In this document: positions 38,925 to 48,839 of the stretch, in pieces
Numbering within the stretch: position 1 is the first letter of the stretch
Layout of the letters: every line of letters begins with the position of its first letter
NCBI GenBank assembly: GCA_024639925.1
Contig: JAHEGA010000001.1
Location: 1-58,334 of the forward strand
Origin: Microbacteriaceae bacterium
GTDB taxonomy: Bacteria; Actinomycetota; Actinomycetes; Actinomycetales; Microbacteriaceae
Direction of reading: 5' to 3'
Length of the DNA stretch: 58,334 bases
The notes under the pieces: model-generated
Database searches by the model: none
The model's input: the letters and a program-made list of their open reading frames with translations, nothing else
What the model was told of the DNA's origin: nothing
Translations under genes and position numbers: made by a program

Positions 38925-39623
38925 ATGTCCCCCGCTCTCAGCCTTGAAGAGGCGCCGCCTAGGCGCCCCGATGTGCGTGCCCTGCAGCAGCGCATTCACG
39001 CGATGGAATCGGTGAGTGCGGATCATCACGTCTTTCCTGTGGGGTTTGGCCTGGAGAACCTTTTTCCCGAAAAAGGATTAAGCAAGGGTTCCATTTATCA
39101 GGTGGATTCTTCTGCCTCACTGCTCTGGAGCTTGATTGCTCAGGCAACAGCGGAAGGCACCTGGTGCGCTCTCGTGGGGATACCCGACGCCGGCCTTGCT
39201 GCCGCCGCTGAATTAGGGGTCAACGTTGATCGACTCGTCCTCGTCCCCTATCCGGGTACCCAATGGCTTTCCGTTGTGGGTGCCCTCATTGATGTTGTTG
39301 GCATTGTGGCTCTTGGCGCTGTGGGAGCACCCTCAGATCGCATGCTGTCGACGCTGAGTGGTCGCCTACGGGAGCGTGACGCAACGTTGCTGGTCCGCCA
39401 GGCCTGGCCTCGATGCGAATCCAGCATTGAAGTCCACCACCAGTGGAGTGGGGTCGCTGAAGGCGGTGGTCTGCTCAACGAACACATGGTTCGCATTCAC
39501 GCCACTCCTCGCCACGGTCACCCGGTGCGCCATGCCGAGTTGATGATTGATGCCTGGGGCGCCCACGACACCGCACCACAGGCCCCTGTAATTGACATCA
39601 CTACCCAGAGGCGGGTGGGCTAG
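38925..39623 (+). CDS. imuA: ImuA' (degenerate RecA-like mutasome subunit)
   Basis: 'WCALVGIPDAGLAAAAELGVNVDRLVLVP'; first gene of the imuB-dnaE2 cassette behind an SOS box. Confidence 0.88.
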   Translation: MSPALSLEEAPPRRPDVRALQQRIHAMESVSADHHVFPVGFGLENLFPEKGLSKGSIYQVDSSASLLWSLIAQATAEGTWCALVGIPDAGLAAAAELGVNVDRLVLVPYPGTQWLSVVGALIDVVGIVALGAVGAPSDRMLSTLSGRLRERDATLLVRQAWPRCESSIEVHHQWSGVAEGGGLLNEHMVRIHATPRHGHPVRHAELMIDAWGAHDTAPQAPVIDITTQRRVG

Positions 39624-39625
39624 TA

Positions 39626-41185
39626 ATGCGGCGCACACTTGTCCTGTGGTGCCCCGGATGGTCTGTGGTGAGCGCTTACGGCGATGAGTCTCTTCCCGAA
39701 GTTACCCCAGGGGTTCCGGTAGCAACCCTGCACAAAGGCGTAGTGGAAGAATGTTCTGCTGAAGCTGCTGTGGCGGGTGTGCGGGTGGGAATGCGTCGTC
39801 GGGATGCCCACCTGATGTGCCCCACTTTGGTGCTGACGGCACGGGATCCCGAACGCGACCGTCACGCCTTTGATCGCGTTTTGGTGGATTTGGCCCACTG
39901 CGTATCGGATCATTCTTTGCTCTCCCCCGGACTTGTGGCCTTCCATGCCAGAGGGTTGGAGCGTTTTTACGGCAGCGAGGAAGCAGCCGCTCGAATGTTG
40001 ATGGATGCTGTCGCTGTGAGTGAGCCTCTTGCCACCACACGAGTGGGTATTGCCGACGATGTGTTTAGTGCCGTGATTGCCGCTCGCCACACCACCAGTG
40101 AGTATCCGATGCGTCGTGTGGAACCAGAAGCGTCAGAAGAGTTCCTGGCAGATGTTTCTGTGGAGTTTTTAGAAGACGATGCCACCGTTTCTCTGCTCAC
40201 CCGCTTGGGGATAACGACTCTGGGAGGTTTCGTCGCGCTTGGCCCTGACGCTATTCGTGACCGTTTGGGACACCTGGGCGAGAGGTTGTATCGACTAGCC
40301 CGAGGGCTAGGGGACAGTTTTTTGGATATGTCAGGAGCTCCCCTTGACCCGGTCACCCGAATGGACCTGCCCGATTCCGTAACCTCGGTGGATCAGGTGG
40401 GCTTTTCTCTTCGTGTTCCGCTGGAGGAATACACAGCAACACTTCGTGCTGCCGGAGTGGTGTGCACGCACGTGAAAATTACGGTGGGTTTTGATGATGG
40501 CACCACTCATGAGAGAGCGTGGCGTCACCCTCGTTTCTTTGATGCCCCCGACTTAGTGGATCGGGTGCGATGGCAGTTGGAGCAGTGCTTCAGCACCCAC
40601 CACAAAGAAGGTGCTGAATATCCGCTTGCTGTGTCCTTTGTGGAGTGTGAAGCGCTCTCCCCTGAAGACGTGTCTGATCACGAACCAGGACTGTGGGGTC
40701 AAGGCCCCGATGCCAGGGTTCATCATGTCCTGTCGCGCGTTCAAAGCATGGTCGGTGCCCACGGTGTGGTGACGGCTAGCCCCCGTGTTGCGAGGGTGGC
40801 AGCAGAGACCCAGGTCTTGATTCCTTGGGGCGATAGTGCGCCACAGAAGGAAGCTCCCGGCCCGTTACCGGGTGCTTTACCAAGCCCCCTGCCGGGGACC
40901 GTATTTTCCACCCCCCGCGAGGTAACACTCCTCGGGGTGGATGGCGACCCGGTGGTGGTGGGCGAGAGCGCCCAACTTTCTAGCGCCCCACACGCCATGG
41001 TCTCCGGCACCAGCAGCGTGATTGTTTCCTCATGGGCGGGACCCTGGCCGGTGTGGGAAAAATGGTGGGACCCCGCGCAGAGCCGTTTCTTGCACCGTGT
41101 GCAACTGGTGGATGACCGCGGTATGGGGTGGCTTGTGAGCGCGCACGAGCAGTCCCGATGGGTCGTTGAAGCCCGGTATGACTAA
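39626..41185 (+). CDS. imuB: ImuB (inactive Y-family polymerase)
   Basis: 'GVRVGMRRRDA..CP', 'RVGIADDVFSA', 'LVDRVRWQL', 'WAGPWPVWEKWW', C-terminal 'EARYD'. Confidence 0.92.
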   Translation: MRRTLVLWCPGWSVVSAYGDESLPEVTPGVPVATLHKGVVEECSAEAAVAGVRVGMRRRDAHLMCPTLVLTARDPERDRHAFDRVLVDLAHCVSDHSLLSPGLVAFHARGLERFYGSEEAAARMLMDAVAVSEPLATTRVGIADDVFSAVIAARHTTSEYPMRRVEPEASEEFLADVSVEFLEDDATVSLLTRLGITTLGGFVALGPDAIRDRLGHLGERLYRLARGLGDSFLDMSGAPLDPVTRMDLPDSVTSVDQVGFSLRVPLEEYTATLRAAGVVCTHVKITVGFDDGTTHERAWRHPRFFDAPDLVDRVRWQLEQCFSTHHKEGAEYPLAVSFVECEALSPEDVSDHEPGLWGQGPDARVHHVLSRVQSMVGAHGVVTASPRVARVAAETQVLIPWGDSAPQKEAPGPLPGALPSPLPGTVFSTPREVTLLGVDGDPVVVGESAQLSSAPHAMVSGTSSVIVSSWAGPWPVWEKWWDPAQSRFLHRVQLVDDRGMGWLVSAHEQSRWVVEARYD

Positions 41186-44100
41186 TGGGCTGGAGCAATC
41201 CCCCCATTCCCTGGTCGGAGCACGAAAAACTTCTTCGCGATGCGTCACGACCGGGCAATACGGTCCCCGAGGGCGCAGACGGTGGGGACTCCCCCGCATG
41301 GTCTGCCCATCGGCATCCTTATCGAGCACCGGTTGGGCAGCATTCCCCCGAGGAGGGTGTGCCCTACGCAGAACTTCACGCCCACAGCAGCTTTAGCTTT
41401 CTCGATGGGGTTTCCTCACCAGAAAAGCTTGTGGAGAGGGCCGCTGCTTTGGGGTTGACGGGAATGGGTTTGAGCGACCACAACGGTTTCTACGGTGCGG
41501 TGCGGTTTGCTGAAGCAGCGGCAGCCCATCGCATGCCCACTGTTTTGGGAGCAGAAATAACGCTCGGTACTTCGGATTCACGCTGGGGTGCCCCTGACCC
41601 CGAGGGAACACACCTGTTAGCTCTTGCCCGGGGTGCTGAGGGTTATCACCGACTCTCCAGCGCGCTGACCGATGCACACTTGGCCACAGAAGACAAAGGC
41701 ACCATGACAGCGGATCTAGACGCTCTCGCGGATCGCGCTGAAGGCCACTGGATGATTCTCACGGGGTGCCGTAAAGGTGCCGTGAGACAACCACTCGCAC
41801 ACCATCGAATGCCCAGCGCGCTCGAGCAGGAGCGCTCGGAGGCGGCGCTGCTGATGCTGGTGGATCGTTTTGGCTCCGACAACGTCGTGGTGGAACTGTT
41901 TGACCACCAAGCGCCGCTGGATAGTGCACATAATCACTTTTTGGCAGATCTGGCACAGCGCCATCACCTACCCACGGTGGTCACCGGGTTGGTGCACTAC
42001 GCCACAGCGGCTGAAGCTGACATGTCCCAGGCCATGGCGGCTGTGCGGGCACGCACCAGCATGGACGCCTTACATTCCTGGCTTCCTGCGTCTCCCGCGG
42101 GATATTTACGCTCCGGGGCTGAGCAACTGAAACGCTTCCCTCGTTATGTGGATGCGGTGACGCGCAGTGCTGACATAGCAAAAGAGCTAGCCTTTTCCCT
42201 CAAAAAAGTCTCTCCCGGTTTGCCCCGTTCGGTGTGCCCCGAAGGACACACACCTATGAGTTATTTGCGCCAGATCATCGACGAGGCAGTCCCCCGCCGT
42301 TACCCCCAAGCAACGCCCGCGGTGTGGGAGCGAATTGAGAAAGAACTGACACTCATTGAGACCAAAGACTTTGCCGGGTACTTCCTGATTGTCTATGACA
42401 TCGTTCGCTTTGCCCGCTCTCGGGGGATTCTGTGTCAGGGCCGGGGATCCGCCGCCAATTCGGCAATCTGTTTTTTGCTGGATATCACCGCGGTGGATTC
42501 GATCTATTACAACCTGCCTTTTGAACGTTTCTTGTCCGCTCTGCGAGATGAGGAACCCGATATTGATGTTGATTTTGAATCCCGCCGTCGGGAAGAAGTG
42601 ATCCAGTACGTTTTTGGTCGATACGGCAGGCTCCAGGCGGCTCAAGTCGCCACGGTGATCGAATATCGGGCAAAGAGCGCGGTTCGCGATATGGCGAGAG
42701 CCCTCGGGTATTCACCAGGCCAGCAGGATGCTCTCTCTCGCCAGATAGAACGCTCCTCTGCTCTGCGAAACGCGGACGAGAACACCATCCCCTCGCAGGT
42801 GAGCGATTTGGCAGCGCGAACCCTCAAAGCACCGAGGCACACCGGTATTCACTCGGGAGGAATGGTGCTCACGGACCGTCCCATTTCTGAGGTGGTGCCC
42901 ATTGAGCGTGCCCGCATGAAGGATCGCACCGTGTTGCAGTGGGATAAAGACGATTGCGAATGGATGGGTCTGGTGAAGTTTGATCTTCTGGGGCTGGGCA
43001 TTCTGGAGGCTATTCGTGACACGTTTGATTTAGCGACCACCCACCTGGGCGAAACGTGGGAGCTCGCCACTCTCCCCCGGGATGAAGCAGGCGTCTACGA
43101 CATGCTGTGTCGCGCGGACTCCATCGGTGTCTTCCAGGTGGAATCCCGAGCGCAAATGGGACTCTTGCCCAGGCTGCAACCGCGGCGTTTTTACGATCTG
43201 GCCATCCAAATTGCGATGATTAGGCCCGGTCCCATACAGGGTGGCGCCGTGCATCCTTTCGTCCGTCGCAAAGCCGGTCTGGAGCCGGTGGAATATCCTC
43301 ACCCCGCTCTCGAGGAGTGTTTGGAGCGCACATTGGGTGTACCCATTTTTCAGGAGCAACTCATGCAAATTGCGATGACGGTAGGTGGCTGCACGGGGGA
43401 AGATGCGGACCTCCTGCGCCGGGCAATGGGTTCCAAACGAGGCCTGGAGCGGATTGAGTCTCTGCGAGAAACATTGTTCGCAGGGATGGCGGAAAGCGGT
43501 TTAGATGACGACACCGCCCAGCGGGTGTATCGCATGATTCAAGCGTTTGCGGCTTTTGGTTTCGCCGAAAGCCACTCGCTCGCTTTTGCCCTGCTGGTGT
43601 ATGCCAGCGCCTGGCAGAAACTGCACTATCCCGCCCTCTTTTTGGCGGGACTATTGCGCGCCCAACCGATGGGTTTCTACTCGGCGGCCTCGCTCGTCTC
43701 CGATGCGGAACGTCACGGCGTTGAGGTTCGAGCGCCCTCGGTTCAATACTCCGAGGTGGAGGCATCCGTTGAAGCGGTAGCTGACCCCACACAGACCGCG
43801 GTCTCCCCCACGGGTCTGGACACCTGCCTGGTCTATGACCAACCCACACCCTCCCAAGTTTTTGACCCTCAGGGGATCGATCCCACCACCACACACCGCA
43901 GAGATGCCCACCTTGCTACGCGTATGGGCCTGGCCAGTGTGCGCGGTCTGGGTAGCGAGACCGCTTCGCGCATCGTTGCTGCTCGTGCAGAAGGAGGGGC
44001 GTTTGCGAATGCCAGTGACCTGGCCAGACGTGTGGGACTGACCACAGCGCAGACCGAAGCGCTCGCCAGTGCCGGAGCCCTGGAGGATTGCGGAATGAGT

Positions 44101-44616
44101 AGACGAGAAGCACTGTGGGCAGCGGGTCATCTTGCCTCAGAGCACCCACAGTACCTTCCGCACACCAGCACGGCGGTGGAATTGCCGCTTTTTGAGGAGC
44201 TTTCTGCTCAGGAACGTATGGCGACAGATCGCCTGTTCACCGGAGTATCCCCAGGAGACCACCCCCTGAGATATTTACGTTCTTCCTTGAGCCAACGAGG
44301 AGTCGGTTCTGTCGCGGACATGACCGTGTTAGAACCTGGCCGCAGGGTCTGGGTGGCGGGAATAGTCACTCACCGACAGAGACCTGCCACCGCGATGGGT
44401 GTCACGTTTATGAACCTGGAAGACGAAACAGGGCTTGTCAACGTCGTGTGCAGCGTGGGTTTGTGGAAACGACACCGAGTGATGCTGCGAGAAAGCGGCG
44501 CCCTGATTATTCGAGGCTTGCTCCAGCGCAGCCCCGAAAACGTCGTATCGATTGTTGCCGATGACGCGGAGCGGCTACCGCTCGGGGTGCCCGATACGGC
44601 GCGAAACTTTCGTTAG
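41185..44616 (+). CDS. dnaE2: Error-prone DNA polymerase DnaE2 (ImuC)
   Basis: 'YAELHAHSSFSFLDG', 'CQGRGSAANS', 'PDIDVD', 'GFAESH', 'RQRPATAMG', C-terminal 'ARNFR'. Confidence 0.96.
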   Translation: MGWSNPPIPWSEHEKLLRDASRPGNTVPEGADGGDSPAWSAHRHPYRAPVGQHSPEEGVPYAELHAHSSFSFLDGVSSPEKLVERAAALGLTGMGLSDHNGFYGAVRFAEAAAAHRMPTVLGAEITLGTSDSRWGAPDPEGTHLLALARGAEGYHRLSSALTDAHLATEDKGTMTADLDALADRAEGHWMILTGCRKGAVRQPLAHHRMPSALEQERSEAALLMLVDRFGSDNVVVELFDHQAPLDSAHNHFLADLAQRHHLPTVVTGLVHYATAAEADMSQAMAAVRARTSMDALHSWLPASPAGYLRSGAEQLKRFPRYVDAVTRSADIAKELAFSLKKVSPGLPRSVCPEGHTPMSYLRQIIDEAVPRRYPQATPAVWERIEKELTLIETKDFAGYFLIVYDIVRFARSRGILCQGRGSAANSAICFLLDITAVDSIYYNLPFERFLSALRDEEPDIDVDFESRRREEVIQYVFGRYGRLQAAQVATVIEYRAKSAVRDMARALGYSPGQQDALSRQIERSSALRNADENTIPSQVSDLAARTLKAPRHTGIHSGGMVLTDRPISEVVPIERARMKDRTVLQWDKDDCEWMGLVKFDLLGLGILEAIRDTFDLATTHLGETWELATLPRDEAGVYDMLCRADSIGVFQVESRAQMGLLPRLQPRRFYDLAIQIAMIRPGPIQGGAVHPFVRRKAGLEPVEYPHPALEECLERTLGVPIFQEQLMQIAMTVGGCTGEDADLLRRAMGSKRGLERIESLRETLFAGMAESGLDDDTAQRVYRMIQAFAAFGFAESHSLAFALLVYASAWQKLHYPALFLAGLLRAQPMGFYSAASLVSDAERHGVEVRAPSVQYSEVEASVEAVADPTQTAVSPTGLDTCLVYDQPTPSQVFDPQGIDPTTTHRRDAHLATRMGLASVRGLGSETASRIVAARAEGGAFANASDLARRVGLTTAQTEALASAGALEDCGMSRREALWAAGHLASEHPQYLPHTSTAVELPLFEELSAQERMATDRLFTGVSPGDHPLRYLRSSLSQRGVGSVADMTVLEPGRRVWVAGIVTHRQRPATAMGVTFMNLEDETGLVNVVCSVGLWKRHRVMLRESGALIIRGLLQRSPENVVSIVADDAERLPLGVPDTARNFR

Positions 44617-45425
44617 CGAAGCGCCCACAGCGCCACCGCACTCGCGGCGGCAACATTCAGCGAATCCACCCCGTGAGTCATGGGAATACAGACCACGGAG
44701 TCCGCACTAGCCACTGCCTCAGCGCTCAGCCCCTCACCTTCGGTGCCCAATACGATCGCCAGGCGGTCGTGGGTTTCGGCGGCCATGTCCTCCAGCGAGC
44801 GAGCTCCCTCTTCGAGGGCAAATGCCGCGACATGAAAACCCGCAGCTCGGAGAGGTTCGCGCCAGTTATCGAATGAGGTGGCTCTGGTCCACGGCACCTG
44901 CATCACTGTGCCCATGCTGACCCTCACCGATCGCCGGTAGAGCGGGTCTGCGCACGAGGGTGAGACGATCACAGCATCGGCTCCTAAGCCCGCAACCGAC
45001 CGGAACACCGCACCCACGTTGGTGTGATCCACGATGTTTTCCAACACCACCACTCTGCGCGCGCCCTTCACGAGGCTCGCGACGTCCGGGAGTGTGGGGC
45101 GTGTCATGCTCGCGAGAGTTCCGCGGTGAACGTGAAAGCCGGTGAGCTGTTCGACTATCGCGGCAGAGCCCACGTACACCGGGATCTCGGCGAGGGCAGC
45201 CTCATGGTTAGCCTCGAGATCGCGCAGTGGGGTGACCCACTGCTCGGTGGTAATGATGGACCGAGGATGATGCCCAGCACCGAGCGCGCGGCTCAAGACT
45301 TTGAGCGACTCCGCGATGTAGAGGCCTTCTGCGGGCTCTCGCACACTGCGCAGGGCGACATCCGTGAGACCGGTGTAATCCTTGAGGGCAACGTCATCAA
45401 GAGTGTCTAAAGTCAGCCACTGCAC
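44613..45425 (-). CDS. TrmH/SpoU family RNA methyltransferase
   Basis: 'LENIVDHTNVGAVFRS', 'LGTEGEGLS', 'IPM..VDSLNVA'; start uncertain. Confidence 0.9.
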   Translation of the reverse strand: MQWLTLDTLDDVALKDYTGLTDVALRSVREPAEGLYIAESLKVLSRALGAGHHPRSIITTEQWVTPLRDLEANHEAALAEIPVYVGSAAIVEQLTGFHVHRGTLASMTRPTLPDVASLVKGARRVVVLENIVDHTNVGAVFRSVAGLGADAVIVSPSCADPLYRRSVRVSMGTVMQVPWTRATSFDNWREPLRAAGFHVAAFALEEGARSLEDMAAETHDRLAIVLGTEGEGLSAEAVASADSVVCIPMTHGVDSLNVAAASAVALWALR

Positions 45426-45508
45426 AGGAAACCCTTCGGTGTCGGAAACATGATGGAAAAGAACCGGCGATACGCTCCAGAGTACGCACTTGCCCAAGGA
45501 GTCACCGC

Positions 45509-46357
45509 ATGACCGTTATGGACCTACCGGCGCCTGCCGTGGCGCCTGAGGTCGCCCAGGCGGCGTCAGTGCTCGGCGACAAGCAGGTAGCGGTGCTTAC
45601 GGGCGCGGGAATTTCGACGGATTCTGGTATCCCCGACTATCGGGGCGAGGGCGCGCCGAAAGGTCACCCGATGTCGTTTCGTGATTTTCTTGGCTCACAT
45701 TCTCATCGTCAGCGTTACTGGCTCGGTTCTCATCTGGGGTGGTCACGGTTTTCTGAGGCGCTCCCTAATGCGGGGCATCTCGCGATTGCTCGAGGTGAGG
45801 ATCACGGGGTCTTCAGTGGAGTTGTGACCCAGAACGTGGATGCACTTCATCACAAAGCAGGCTCCAGCCGGGTTGTCGACCTCCACGGGCGACTCGATCG
45901 TGTCCGCTGTATTCACTGCAACCAGGCCTACGCGAGAAGTTTTATCGCCGAGGTACTCGAACAGGCCAACCCGTGGGTGGCGAGCCTGGTGATCACCGGA
46001 GCCACGCGGCCCGATGGGGATGTCGACGTCGAACAAGTGGCGGACATGGTGGTGCCCTCGTGCCCCAACTGCGGTGGCGTGGTAAAACCCGAGGTCGTGT
46101 TTTTTGGTGAGTTTGTCCCCCCGACCGTGTTCGAACAGGCCGCAGCGGTCGTCAGTCGCTCGGACGCCCTGCTGGTAGCGGGATCGTCGCTCGTGGTGAA
46201 TACCGGGATGAGGCTTGTTGCGCTCGCCCACAAGCAGAAAAAGCCCATTGTCGTAGTGAATAGAGGCGACACCAAGGCTGACAGATTGGCATCGGTTAGG
46301 ATTGAGGGTGGAGCTTCGGAAACGCTGGAACAGCTTGTCCATCTTCTGAGCCGCTAA
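45509..46357 (+). CDS. Sir2 family NAD-dependent deacylase
   Basis: 'GAGISTDSGIPDYRG', 'TQNVD', 'LHG', Zn sites CIHC and CPNC, 'KPEVVFFGE'. Confidence 0.93.
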   Translation: MTVMDLPAPAVAPEVAQAASVLGDKQVAVLTGAGISTDSGIPDYRGEGAPKGHPMSFRDFLGSHSHRQRYWLGSHLGWSRFSEALPNAGHLAIARGEDHGVFSGVVTQNVDALHHKAGSSRVVDLHGRLDRVRCIHCNQAYARSFIAEVLEQANPWVASLVITGATRPDGDVDVEQVADMVVPSCPNCGGVVKPEVVFFGEFVPPTVFEQAAAVVSRSDALLVAGSSLVVNTGMRLVALAHKQKKPIVVVNRGDTKADRLASVRIEGGASETLEQLVHLLSR

Positions 46358-46393
46358 CTTTCAAGTCAGGGCGTGTAGCGCCCAAGGAGTGTT

Positions 46394-47035
46394 ATGACCC
46401 GCTTTTTTCTCGTGCGCCACGGAGAAACGGAATGGAATCGCGTCCGCCGAATTCAGGGTGTGTCCGATATCCCTCTGAACGTCACGGGACGCTCTCAGGC
46501 CGCGGCACTGGGCAACATTCTGTCCCAGCACCGGTTTGACCTGATTGTGTCCTCGCCGCTGTCCCGGGCCATGGAAACAGCAACGATTGTTGCCCGACGA
46601 CTAGGCATGCCCACCCCTCTGGCTATCCCTGATCTGATTGAGCGCAACTACGGCGAGGCGGAAGGTTCAAACGGGCAGGATTTGGATGCTCGTTACCCCA
46701 ATGGCGCTGAAATCCCGGGCCGCGAACCACGTGAGGACGTCACCAAGCGAGTCGTCCGGACTATGGCGGATCTGGCAGTCCGCCACCCTGAGGCTGACAT
46801 TATTGCGGTCTGCCATGGAGCTGTTATCCGATCTGTGGTCGAATATGCAGCTCCGGGGCTTCACAAAGAACCCATCAGCAACTGTTCCGTGCACAGCTTT
46901 TCTCACGTCGCCGGCAGCCTCGAGCTCGTCGCGTTTGATGACCCGATGGAGGTGCAGTCGCACACCCTCGCCGAGGAGGAATGGGTCGACCAAAACCCCG
47001 CGGAAGCGCGGGAAGAAGCGCGAAGCGCTCTCTAG
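46394..47035 (+). CDS. Histidine phosphatase (phosphoglycerate mutase family)
   Basis: 'LVRHGETEWN', 'SSPLSRA', 'VCHG'. Confidence 0.9.
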   Translation: MTRFFLVRHGETEWNRVRRIQGVSDIPLNVTGRSQAAALGNILSQHRFDLIVSSPLSRAMETATIVARRLGMPTPLAIPDLIERNYGEAEGSNGQDLDARYPNGAEIPGREPREDVTKRVVRTMADLAVRHPEADIIAVCHGAVIRSVVEYAAPGLHKEPISNCSVHSFSHVAGSLELVAFDDPMEVQSHTLAEEEWVDQNPAEAREEARSAL

Positions 47036-47103
47036 TAGCCCCAGCGTTGCCGCTGCCCGGGCCGTACACTGGGCGGGCAGCATTTTCCCCACTCAGGAGC
47101 CTC

Positions 47104-48825
47104 ATGGACTTTGCACTGCCCTACTCACGACGCGGGCTCGAGCACGATGCCCAGTGGTATCGCCGTGCGGTGTTCTACGAGGTGATGGTGCGGGCCTTCT
47201 ACGACTCTGACGGCGACGGTGTGGGCGACATTCCTGGCCTGATCAGCAAGCTCGACTACCTCGAGTGGCTGGGAGTGGATGCGTTGTGGTTGCCGCCGTT
47301 CTACGCCTCTCCACTGCGAGACGGCGGGTATGACGTGTCCGACTTTATGACCGTGTTGCCAGAATTTGGCACAGTGGATGATTTCCAGGAGCTCGTGGCC
47401 CAGGCACACGCCAGAAACATGCGGATTGTCATGGATTTACCGCTAAACCACACCAGCGACCAACACCCGTGGTTCCAGGAATCTCGATCGGATCCCGAGG
47501 GCCCTTATGGCGACTACTACGTGTGGTCGGACACGGACAAAATTCGCGAACAGATCCGGGTGATTTTCACTGACACGGAGGATTCGAACTGGGCGTTTGA
47601 TGCTGAGCGCCGACAGTTTTTCTTCCACCGGTTCTTTTCCCATCAACCAGACCTCAACTACCACCATCCTCGAGTGCACGAGGAAATGAGAGAGGTCGCC
47701 CGCTTCTGGCTTTCGATGGGGGTCGATGGCTTCCGGTTAGACGCCATCCCCTATCTCTACGAGTCCGATGAGGGCACAGGCGAGAGCGAACCCGAGACCC
47801 ATGAATTCCTCCGGAGCTTTCGGGCGTTCCTGGATAATGAGTTCCCCGGTCGAGTGCTCATTGCCGAGGCAAACCAGTGGCCGCAAGAGGTTGCGGAGTA
47901 CCTCGGCACAGAGGACGCTCCGGAGTGCCACATGGCCTTTGACTTTCCGATCATGCCGAGAATCTTCTATTCGTTGCGCTCGCAGCGGGCAGAGGGCCTC
48001 GCTGAAGTTCTCTCGGAGACCACAGCGGTCCCAGATGGCGCTGCGTGGGGTGTCTTCCTCAGAAACCACGATGAGTTGACTCTTGAAATGGTGACCGAGG
48101 AAGAGAAGCAAGCTCTTTATGGTTGGTACGCCTATGACCCGAGGATGCGTGTCAACGTCGGTATCCGACGACGACTTGCGCCTCTGTTAGATAACTCCCG
48201 AAGCGAGCTCCAGCTTGCTCACGCGCTGTTGCTGTCCCTGCCCGGCAGCCCTTTCCTTTACTACGGCGACGAAATCGGAATGGGCGACAATATCTGGCTG
48301 GAGGACCGTGATAGCTCGCGGACGCCCATGCAGTGGACTCCTGATCGAAACGCTGGATTCTCTGCGGCCGACCCGGGCAAGTTGTACTTGCCGGTTGTGC
48401 AGTCACTGGCATATCACTACAGCGCCTCGAACGTCGAGACCCAACTGGCGCAGGGCACGTCCTTGTTGCATTGGGTCCGCAACCTCGTCCACTTGAGGAA
48501 AGAGCACCCAGTGTTCGGAGTGGGCTCGCTCACGGTCGTTCCCACCGACAATCCCTCCGTATTGGCGTTCCTTCGTGATATGCCTGCTGAGGAATGCAAA
48601 CCGGGGGAAGCCCCAGAGACGCTGTTATGTGTCTACTCATTTGCACACCAACCAGTTGCCGTGAATCTGACTCTTCCGGAGTCTTTCCGGGCCAACAAAG
48701 TGACAGAAATTACCGGTGGCGGCGCGTTTCCCGCTCCCAGCGAACAGGGCCAGCTGACGCTCACCCTCCCACCACAGGGTTTCTATTGGCTTGCGTTGGC
48801 AGGAATCAAGGCGTCAGTGGCGTGA
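47104..48825 (+). CDS. treS: Trehalose synthase (maltose alpha-D-glucosyltransferase, GH13)
   Basis: 'SPLRDGGYD', 'FFSHQPDLN', 'GFRLDAIPY', 'AEANQW', 'FLRNHDELTLE', 'GIRRRLAPL'; AGGAG before ATG 47104. Confidence 0.94.
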   Translation: MDFALPYSRRGLEHDAQWYRRAVFYEVMVRAFYDSDGDGVGDIPGLISKLDYLEWLGVDALWLPPFYASPLRDGGYDVSDFMTVLPEFGTVDDFQELVAQAHARNMRIVMDLPLNHTSDQHPWFQESRSDPEGPYGDYYVWSDTDKIREQIRVIFTDTEDSNWAFDAERRQFFFHRFFSHQPDLNYHHPRVHEEMREVARFWLSMGVDGFRLDAIPYLYESDEGTGESEPETHEFLRSFRAFLDNEFPGRVLIAEANQWPQEVAEYLGTEDAPECHMAFDFPIMPRIFYSLRSQRAEGLAEVLSETTAVPDGAAWGVFLRNHDELTLEMVTEEEKQALYGWYAYDPRMRVNVGIRRRLAPLLDNSRSELQLAHALLLSLPGSPFLYYGDEIGMGDNIWLEDRDSSRTPMQWTPDRNAGFSAADPGKLYLPVVQSLAYHYSASNVETQLAQGTSLLHWVRNLVHLRKEHPVFGVGSLTVVPTDNPSVLAFLRDMPAEECKPGEAPETLLCVYSFAHQPVAVNLTLPESFRANKVTEITGGGAFPAPSEQGQLTLTLPPQGFYWLALAGIKASVA

Positions 48826-48833
48826 CCTAGGCT
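48812..48833 (+). promoter_or_regulatory. PafBC/RecA-NDp-type promoter of the exonuclease gene
   Basis: CGTCAGTG-N8-TAGGCT, 6 nt before the ATG. Confidence 0.65.
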
Positions 48834-48839
48834 GGCCTT

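Noticed and set aside
45509-46357. Sir2 protein as a Thoeris/DSR-type defence NADase
   Set aside because: It is a canonical zinc-binding sirtuin of about 280 aa among housekeeping genes, with no TIR, pAgo or HerA partner.
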